In this document: positions 52,501 through 64,000 of the stretch, piece by piece
How the letters are laid out: each line of letters begins with the position of its first letter
How positions within the stretch are numbered: the stretch's first letter is position 1
From: Octopus vulgaris
Lineage: Eukaryota
DNA: 64,000 nt
Reading direction: 5' to 3'
Assembly: GCA_951406725.2 (NCBI GenBank)
Contig: OX597820.1
Span: 98,270,001-98,334,000 of the forward strand
Notes under the pieces: generated by a model
The model's input: only the letters and a program-made list of their open reading frames with translations
What the model was told of the DNA's origin: nothing
Database searches by the model: none
Position numbers and translations under genes: made by a program

Positions 52501-55500
52501 CTAGAATTAGATACCACGTATACTCATCAATAATCTGATACCATGTATACTCATCTCCATTCTGTAACCAAGTATACTCATCTAAAATCTCAAACCAACT
52601 ATACTCATCTATAATCTGATACCAAGTATACTCATCTGCAACATGATACCAAGTATTCTCATCTAGAATTAAATACCACGTATACTCATCAATAATTTGA
52701 TAGCATGTATACTCAACTACATTCTGATACCAAGTATACTCATCTACAATCTCATACCAACTATACTCATCTATAATCTGATACCAAGTATACTCATCTA
52801 CATTCTGATACCAAGTATACTCATTTACAATCTTATACCAACTATACTCATCTATAATATGATACCAAGTATACTCATCTACAATCTGATACCAATTATA
52901 CTCATCTATAATCTGATACCTGTATACTCATCTACAACATGATACCACGTATACTCATCTAGAATTAGATACCACGTATACTCATCAATAATTTGATACC
53001 ATGTATACTCATCTACATTCTGATACCAAGTATACTCATCTACAATCTCATACCAACTATACTCATCTATAATCTGATACCAAGTATAATCATCTACAAC
53101 ATGATACCATGTATACTCATCTACAACATGATACCAAGTATACTCATCCAGAATTAGATACCACGTATACTCATCAATAATTTGATACCATGTATACTCA
53201 TCTACATTCTGATACCAAGTATACTCATCTAAAATCTCACACCAACTATAGTCATCTATAATCTGATACCAAGTATACTCATCTACAACATGATACCAAG
53301 TATACTCATCTAGAATTAGATACCACCTATACTCATCTACAATCTGATACGAAGTATAATCATCTGCAATCTGAAACCAAGTATACTAATCTAGAATTAG
53401 ATACTACGTATACTCATCAATAAATTGATACCACGTATACTCATCTACATTCTGATACCAAGTATACTCATCTATAATCTCATACCAACTATACTAATCT
53501 ATAATCTGATACCAAGTATACTCACCTAAAACATGATACCAAGTATACTCATGTAGAATTAGATACCACGTATACTCATCAATAATCTGATACCATGTAT
53601 ACTCATCTACATTCTGATACCAAGTATACTCATCTACAATCTCATACCAACTATACTCATCTATAATCTGATACCAAGTATACTCATCTACAACATGATA
53701 CCAAGTATACTCATCTAGAATTAGATACCACGTATACTCATCAATAATCTGATACCATGTATACTCATCTACATTCTGATACCAAGTATACTCATCTACA
53801 ATCTCAAACCAACTATACTCATCTACATTCTGATACCAAGTATACTCATCTGCAACGTGATACCAAGTATACTCATCTAGAATTAGATACCACCTATACT
53901 CATCTACAATCTGATACGAAGTATAATCATCTGCAATCTGATACCAAGTATACTCATCTACAATCTCATACCAACTATATTCATCTATAATCTCATACCA
54001 AGTATACTCATCTACAATCTGAAACCAAGGATACTAATCTAGAATTAGATACCACGTATACTCATCAATAATTTGATACCACGTATACTCATCTACATTC
54101 TGATACCAAGTATACTCATCTATAATCTCATACCAACTATACTCATCTATAATCTGATACCAAGTATACTCATCTAAAACATGATACCAAGTATACTCAT
54201 ATAGAATTAGATACCACGTATACTCATCAATAATTTGATAGCATGTATACTCATCTACATTCTGATACCAAGTATACTCATCTACAATCTCATGCAAACT
54301 ATACTCATCTATAATCTGATACCAAGTATACTCATCTAAAACATGATACCAAGTATACTCATCTAGAATTAGATACCACGTATACTCATCAATAATTTGA
54401 TACCATGTATACTCATCTACATTCTGATACCAAGTATACTCATCTACAATCTCATACCAACTATACTCATCTACAATCTGATACCAAGTATACTCATCTA
54501 CATTCTGATACCAAGTATACTCATCTAGAATTAGATACCAAGTATACTCATCAATATTCTGATACCAAATATACTCATCTACAATCTCATACAAACTATA
54601 CTCATCTATAATCCAATACCAAGTATACTCATCTACAACATGATACCACGTATACTCATCAATAATTTGATACCATGTATACTCATCTACATTCTGATAC
54701 CATGTATACTCATCTACAATCTCATACCAACTATACTCATCTATAATCTGATACCAAGTATACTCATCTACAACATGATACCATGTATACTCATCTACAA
54801 CATGATACCAAGTATACTCATCTAGAATTAGATACCACGTATACTCATCAATAATTTGATACCATGTATACTCATCTACATTCTGATACCAAGTATACTC
54901 ATCTAAAATCTCACACCAACTATACTCATGTATAATCTGATTCCAAGCATACTCATCTACAACATGATACCAAGTATACTCATCTAGAATTAGATACCAC
55001 CTATACTCATCTACAATCTGATACGAAGTATAATCATCTGCAATCTGATATCAAGTATACTCATCTACAATCTCATACCAACTATATTCATCTATAATCT
55101 GATACCAAGTATACTCATCTACAATCTGAAACCAAGTATACTAATCTAGAATTAGATACAACGTATACTCATCAATAATTTGATACCACGTATACTCATC
55201 TACATTCTAATACCAAGTATACTCATCTATAATCTCACACCAACTATACTCATCTATAATCTGATACCAAGTATACTCATCTGCAACATGATACCAAGTA
55301 TACTCATCTAGAATTAGATACCACGTATACTCATCAATAATCTGATACCATGTATACTCATCTACATTCTGATACCAAGTATACTCATCTACAATCTCAA
55401 ACCAACTATACTCATCTATAATCTGATACCAAGTATACTCATCTGCAACGTGATACCAAGTATACTCATATAGAATTAGATACCACGTATACTCATCAAT

Positions 55501-58500
55501 AATTTGATAGCATGTATACTCATCTACATTCTGATACCAAGTATACTCATCTACAATCTCATACCAACTATACTCATCTATAATCCAATACCAAGTATAC
55601 TCATCTAAAACATTATACCAATTATACTCATCTAGAATTAGATACCACGTATACTCATCAGTAATTTGATATCATGTATACTCATCTACATTCTGATACC
55701 AAGTATACTCATCTATAATCTCATACCAACTATACTCATCTATAATCTGATACCAAGTATACTCATCTACAACATGATACCATGTATACTCATCTAGAAT
55801 TGGATACCACGTATACTCATCAATAATTTGATACCATGTATACTCATCTACATTCTGATACCAAGTATACTCATCTACAATCTTATACCAACTATACTCA
55901 TATATAATCTGATACCAAGTATACTCATCTACAACATGATACCAAGTATACTCATCTAGAATTAGATACCACCTATACTAATCAATTATTTGATACCATG
56001 TATACTCATCTACATTCTGATACCAAGTATACTCATCTACAATCTCATACCAACTATACTCATCTATAATCTGATACCAAGTATACTCATCTACAACATG
56101 ATGCCAAGTATACTCATCTAGAATTAGATACCACGTATACTCATCAATAATTTGATACCATGTATACTCATCTACATTCTGATACCAAGTATACTCATCT
56201 ACAATCTCATACCAACTATACTCATCTATAATCTGATACCAACTATACTCATCTACATTCTGATACCAAGTATACTCATTTACAATCTTATACCAACTAT
56301 ACTCATCTATAATATGATACCAAGTATACTCATCTACAATCTGATACCAACTATACTCATCTAAAATCTGATACCTGTATACTCATCTACAACATGATAC
56401 CATGTATACTCATCTACAACATGATACCAAGTATACTCATCTAGAATTAGATACCACGTATACTCATCAATAATTTGATACCATGTATACTCATCTACAT
56501 TCTGATACCAAGTATACTCATCTACAATCTCATACCAACTATACTCATCTATAATCTGATTCCAAGTATACTCATCTACAACATGATACCAAGTATACTC
56601 ATCTAGAATTAGATACCACCTATACTCATCTACAATCTGATACGAAGTATAATCATCTGCAATCTGATACCAAGTATACTCATCTACAATCTCATACCAA
56701 CTATATTCATCTATAATCTGATACCAAGTATACTCATCTACAATCTGAAACCAAGTATACTAATCTAGAATTAGATACCACGTATACTCATCAATAATTT
56801 GATACCACGTATACTCATCTACATTCTAATACCAAGTATACTCATCTATAATCTCATACCAACTATACTCATCTATAATCTGATACCAAGTATACTCATC
56901 TAAAACATGATACCAAGTATACTCATCTAGAATTAGATACCACGTATACTCATCAATAATTTGATATCATGTATACTCATCTACATTCTGATACCAAGTA
57001 TACTCATCTACAATCTCATACCAACTATACTCATCTATAATCTGATACCAAGTATACTCATCTACAACATGATACCAAGTATACTCATCTAGAATTAGGT
57101 ACCACCTATACTAATCAATTATTTGATACCATGTATACTCATCTACATTCTGATACCAAGTATACTCATCTAAAATCTGACACCAACTATACTCATCTAT
57201 AATCTGATACCAAGTATACTCATCTACAACATGATACCAAGTATACTTATCTAGAATTAGATACCACCTATACTCATCTACAATCTGATACGAAGTATAA
57301 TCATCTGCAATCTGATACCAAGTATACTCATCTACAATCTCATACCAACTATATTCATCTATAATCTCATACCAAGTATACTCATCTACAATCTGAAACC
57401 AAGTATACTAATCTAGAATTAGATACCACGTATACTCATCAATAATTTGATACCACGTATACTCATCTACATTCTAATACCAAGTATACTCATCTATAAT
57501 CTCATACCAACTACACTCATCTATAATCTGATACCAAGTATACTCATCTAAAACATGATACCAAGTATACTCATCTAGAATTAGATACCACGTATACTCA
57601 TCAATAATCTGATACCATGTATACTCATCTACATTCTGATACCAAGTATACTCATCTACAATCTCAAACCAACTATACTCATCTATAATCTGATACCAAG
57701 TATACTCATCTGCAACATGACACCAAGTATACTCATCTAGAATTAGATACCACGTATACTCATCAATAATTTGATAGCATGTATACTCATCTACATTCTG
57801 ATACCAAGTATACTCAACTACAATCTCATACAAACTATACTCATCTATAATCCGATAGCATGTATACTCATCTAAAACATGATACCAATTATACTCATCT
57901 AGAATTAGATACCACGTATACTCATCAATAATTTGATACCATGTATACTCATCTACATTCTGATACCAAGTATACTCGTCTACAATCTCATACCAACTAT
58001 ACTCATCTATAATCTGATACCAAGTATACTCATCTACAACATGATACCAAGTATACTCATCTAGAATTAGATACCACCTATACTCATCTACAATCTGATA
58101 CGAAGTATAATCATCTGCAATCTGATACCAAGTATACTCATCTACAATCTCATACCAACTATATTCATCTATAATCTCATACCAAGTATACTCATCTACA
58201 ATCTGAAACCAAGTATACTAATCTAGAATTAGATACCACGTATACTCATCAATAATTTGATACCACGTATACTCATCTACATTCTGATACCAAGTATACT
58301 CATCTACAATCTCAAACCAACTATACTCATCTATAATCTGATACCAAGTATACTCATCTGCAACATGATACCAAGTATACTCATCTAGAATTAGATACCA
58401 CGTATACTCATCAATAATTTGATAGCATGTATACTCATCTACATTCTGATACCAAGTATACTCATCTACAATCTCATACCAACTATACTCATCTATAATC

Positions 58501-61500
58501 TGATACCATGTATACTCATCTACATTCTGATACCAAGTATACTCATTTACAATCTTATACCAACTATACTCAACTATAATATGATACCAAGTATACTCAT
58601 CTACAATCTGATACCAACTATTCTCGATACCAACTATACTCATCTACAACATGATACCACGTATACTCATCTAGAATTAGATACCACGTATACTCATCAA
58701 TATTTTGGTACCATGTATACTCATCTACATTCTGATACCAAGTATACTCATCTACATTCTCATACCAACTATACTCATCTATAATCTGATACTAAGTAGA
58801 CTCATCTAAAATCTGATACCAAGTATACTCATCTAGAATTGGATACCACGTATACTCATCAATAATTTGATACCATGTATACTCATCTATATTCTGATAC
58901 CAAGTATACTCATCTACAATCTTATACCAACTATACTCATCTATAATCTGATACCAAGTATACTCATCTAAAACATGAAACCAAGTATACTCATCTAGAA
59001 TTAGATACCACCTATACTAATCAATTATTTGATACCATGTATACTCATCTACATTCTGATACCAAGTATACTCATCTACAATCTCATACCAACTATACTC
59101 ATATATAATCTGATACCAAGTATACTCATCTACAACATGATGCCAAGTATACTCATCTAGAATTAGATACCACGTATACTCATCAATAATTTGATACCAT
59201 GTATAGTCATCTACATTCTGATACCAAGTATAGTCATCTACAATCTCATACCAACTATACTCATCTATAATCTGATACGAAGTATACTCATCTACAACAT
59301 GATACCAAGTATACTCATCTAGAATTAGATACCACCTATACTCATCTACAATCTGATACGAAGTATAATCATCTGCAATCTGATACCAAGTATACTCATC
59401 TACAACATGATACCAAGTATACTCATCTAGAATTAGATACCACGTATACTCATCAATAATTTGATACCATGTATACTCATCCACATTCTGATACCAAGTA
59501 TACTCATCTAAAATCTCACACCAACTATACTCGTCTATAATCTGATACCAAGTATACTCATCTACAACATGATACCAAGTATACTCATCTAGAATTAGAT
59601 ACCACCTATACTCATCAATAATCTGATACCATGTATACTCATCTACATTCTGATACCAAGTATACTCATCTACAATCTCAAACCAACTATACTCATCTAT
59701 AATCTGATACCAAGTATACTCATCTGCAACATGATACCAAGTATACTCATCTAGAATTAGATACCACGTATACTCATCAATAATTTGATAGCATGTTTAC
59801 TCATCTACATTCTGATACCAAGTATACTCATCTACAATCTCATACCAACTATACTCATCTATAATCCAATACCAAGTATACTCATCTAAAACATGATACC
59901 AATTATACTCATCTAGAATTAGATACCACGTATACTCATCAGTAATTTGATACCATGTATACTCATCTACATTCTGATACCAAGTATACTCATCTACAAT
60001 CTCAGACCAACTATACTCATCTATAATCTGATACCAAGTATACTCATCTACAATCTGAAACCAAGTATACTCATCTAGAATTAGTTTCCAAGTATACTCA
60101 TCAATAATTTGATACCATGTATACTCATCTACATTCTGATACCAAGTATACTCATCTACAATCTCAGACCAACTATACTCATCTATAATCTGATACCAAG
60201 TATACTCATCTACAATCTGATACCAAGTATACTCATCTAGAATTAGTTTCCAAGTATACTCATCAATAATTTGATACCATGTATACTCATCTACATTCTG
60301 ATACCAAGTATACTCATCTAGAATTAGATACCACGTATACTCATCAGTAATTTGATACCATGTATACTCATCTACATTCTGATACCAAGTATACTCATCT
60401 ACAATCTCAGACCAACTATATTCATCTATAATCTGATACCAAGTATACTCATCTACAATCTGATACCAAGTATACTCATCTAGAATTAGATTCCAAGTAT
60501 ACTCATCAATAATTTGATACCATATATACTCATCTACATTCTGATACCAAGTATACTCATCTACAATCTCATACCAACTATACTCATCTATAATCTGATA
60601 CCAAGTATACTCATCTACAATCTGATAACAAGTATACTCATCTAGAATTAGATACCAAGTATACTCATCAATAATTTGATACCATGTATAGTCATCTACA
60701 TTCTGATACCAAGTATACTCATCTACAATCTCATACCAACTATACTCATCTATAATCTGATACCAAGTATACTCATCTACAATCTGATACCAAGTATACT
60801 CATCTAGAATTAGATGCCAAGTATACTCATCAATAATTTGATACCATGTATAGTCATCTACATTCTGATACCAAGTATACTCATCTACAATCTCACCCCA
60901 ACTATACTCATCTATAATCTGATACCAAGTATTCTCATCTAGAAATAGATACCACGTATACTCATCAATAATTTGATACCATGTATACTCATCTACATTC
61001 TGATACCAAGTATACTCATCTACAATCTTATACCCACTATACTCCTCTATTATCTGATACCAAGTATTCTCATCTAGAATTAGATAACACGTATACTCAT
61101 CATTAATTTGATACCATGTATACTCATCATTAATTTGATACCATGTATACTTATCCACATTCTGATAGCAAGTATACTCATCTACAATCTCATACCATCT
61201 ATACTCATCTATAATCTGATAACAAGTATACTCATCTACAATCTGATACCAAGTATACTCAAATAGAATTAGATACCACGTATACTCATCAATAATTTGA
61301 TGCCATGTATACACATCTACATTCTGATACCAAGTATACTCATCTACTATCTCATACCAACTATACTCATCTATAACCTGATACCAAGTATACTCATCTA
61401 CAACATGATACCAAGTATACTCATCTTGAATTAGATACCACGTATACTCATCAATAATTTGATACCATGTATACTCATCTACATTCTGATACCAAGTATA

Positions 61501-62142
61501 CTCATCTACAATCTCATACCAACTATACTCATCTATAATCTGATACCAAGTATACTCATCTACAACATGATACCAAGTATACTCATCTAGAATTAGATAC
61601 CACGTATACTCATCAATAATTGAATACCATGTATACTCATCTACATTCTGATAACAAGTATACTCATATACAATCTCACACCAACTATACTCATCTATAA
61701 TATGATACCAAGTATACTCATCTACAACATGATACCAAGTATACTCATCTAGAATTAGATACCACGTATACTCATCAATAATTTGATACCATGTATACTC
61801 ATCTACATTCTGATACCTAGTATACTCATCTACAATCTCATACCCACTATACTCCTCTATTATCTGAAACAAAGTATACTCATCTAGAATTAGATACCAC
61901 TTATACTCATCTAGAATTAGATACCACGTATACTCATCAATAATTTGATACCATGTATACTCATCTAAATTCTTATACCAAGTATACTCATCTACAATCT
62001 CATACCAACTATACTCATCTATAATCTGATACCAAGTATACTCATCTACAACATGATACCAAGTATACTCATTCTAGAATTAGATACCACGTATACTCAT
62101 CAATAATTTGATACCATGTATACTCATCTACACTCTGATACC

Positions 62143-62146
<4 letters not shown>
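49511..62146. repeat. Satellite array: 27-bp monomer (TGATACCAAGTATACTCATCTACAATC) in a 6-mer, 162-bp higher-order repeat
   Basis: About 12.6 kb, roughly 465-470 monomers; TCTAGA-marked monomer recurs at 162 bp (e.g. 50177 and 50339). Confidence 0.97.
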
Positions 62147-62221
<75 letters not shown>

Positions 62222-62222
<1 letters not shown>

Positions 62223-62441
62223 GAGTGGGTAGTGATGAAATATTACTGATTTTAAGGTATCGCGAAAGACTTGGTTAGATACCCAAACTTCCGATTTCTT
62301 TTACAGGTCTTAGAAAAGCCTGATGTACTGCTGCAATGAGTGTGTGAATCTGAGAGAGGAATATGTTCAATAAAATCATAATTAACGCATCCTCCTGTAT
62401 TTTCTTCTACCCAAAGGTAGGAACTTTTCGGCATCACCTCG
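62222..62441 (+). mobile_element. Mariner-derived MITE
   Basis: Homologous to 18207-18416; [13 protein letters not shown] remnant; right TIR GGAACTTTTCGGCATCACCTCG|TA; within (TA)n. Confidence 0.75.
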
Positions 62442-62465
62442 TATATATATATATATATATATATG

Positions 62466-62535
<70 letters not shown>

Positions 62536-63023
62536 GAGAGAGAGAGGAAAAATATAGATAAGTAGATAGATACAAATATACATATACACACGCATTCACA
62601 CGCACACACACACATATACACACATATGTATATACATACATATACACACACAAATGCATACAGACAGACACATATATATATACATATGTAAAATATATAT
62701 ACAATCATTTTTTACAGGCTTATGCTATTTCTTTTAACTTCTGTCAAGTTTTTTTTTTTTATTTATCATTCCTTTTTCATTTTATCAATTTGAATTTTGT
62801 GTCTCTTTTTTTTCTTGATCCCAACTTCTTTAACTTATCTTCTTCTCTTCCTCCTCCTCGCCCCTCTACTTTGCCTTCTGCTCTTTCTCCATTTTCTTTC
62901 ATTTTCCTATAGATTTTTTTCTAGTCTCTTCTTCGCAACTTTCAGCAGATGGTATCCTCATAGAAATTACACATATTATAACTTACATACATAAATACAT
63001 ACATATAAACACACGTGAGCGCG

Positions 63024-63058
<35 letters not shown>

Positions 63059-63511
63059 TTATGCGTACATACGTATTATAAATATATATATGTACGTGTG
63101 TGTGTGTGTGTGTGTGTGCTTTAACATGCATAAGTATTATATATATATGTATATATATATATATGAATGATGATAATAAAACTGAGATGTAATGAGGCAA
63201 ATAATAAGAATAATAATAAAAAATACGAAATATACACACAAACTGTCAATCCAACGAAAGCAGCAACAACAACAACAACTAACCCATAAGACAAAAATAA
63301 CACCAACAACATCAGTAGCGAAAAAGAAAAGGAAAAGAACAGGAATTTTTTTCTCTCCTCTTTTATGTTTTCAAGACATATTTTATATCGGATATTCATG
63401 TAAGAAACTATCAAGGGACGTTTTTTGGTATAGACAGTGGAACCTCAAAATAACAGTAACAACAGCAACACCACCAGTAACAACACCAAAAGCAACAATT
63501 CTACCACCACA

Positions 63512-63582
<71 letters not shown>

Positions 63583-63723
63583 TATAAGGCAAAAAAATTA
63601 ACAAAAACTACTAGAGAGAGAATAAAACAAGAGACAATTTGTTTAACAGACATTTTTTCTTCTTATTTTCAGTGTTAAATGTCCCCGAGACCACTTAGCA
63701 ATCTGTTGTTACTGACATAGTGC

Positions 63724-63770
<47 letters not shown>

Positions 63771-63903
63771 GTGAGTGTTACAGATGATGCAATAAATTAG
63801 ACATCCTTCAGCTGGAGCTCTAAAAGATATTACTAATGATAGCAGTAATAAAAACGATAATAATAAATATTAATTACTACTACTACTATAGTAGTAGTAG
63901 TAG

Positions 63904-63984
<81 letters not shown>

Positions 63985-64000
63985 TACATATATATATATA

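Noticed and set aside
49511-62146. CRISPR-like appearance (conserved core with variable intervening bases)
   Set aside because: Variable parts are short, cyclically reused monomer variants, not unique spacers; no cas genes; eukaryotic context

Overview
AT-rich, repeat-saturated animal DNA with no recognisable host gene, rRNA, bona fide tRNA or CRISPR array. The microsatellite load and SINE repertoire suggest an octopod cephalopod (inference). Nearly all ORFs in the track are microsatellite or satellite artefacts. The window holds (i) many tRNA-headed SINEs with modular tails, several with clear TSDs; (ii) decayed LINEs of CR1-group, RTE and R4/Dong-like (RLE) type, the RLE fragments sitting in either (TAA)n or (TACA)n arrays; (iii) a Penelope-like GIY-YIG fragment with a minimal hammerhead motif; (iv) six ~180-200 bp elements in (TA)n tracts with non-canonical minimal hammerhead-like folds showing stem covariation; (v) a 2.1-kb ORF1-only retroelement inserted into a SINE head with a 16-bp TSD; (vi) mariner/Tc1, hAT and Helitron non-autonomous elements; and (vii) a 12.6-kb satellite of 27-bp monomers in a 162-bp higher-order repeat. 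Coordinates were read by eye and may be off by a few bases. Family labels A/B/C are mine.
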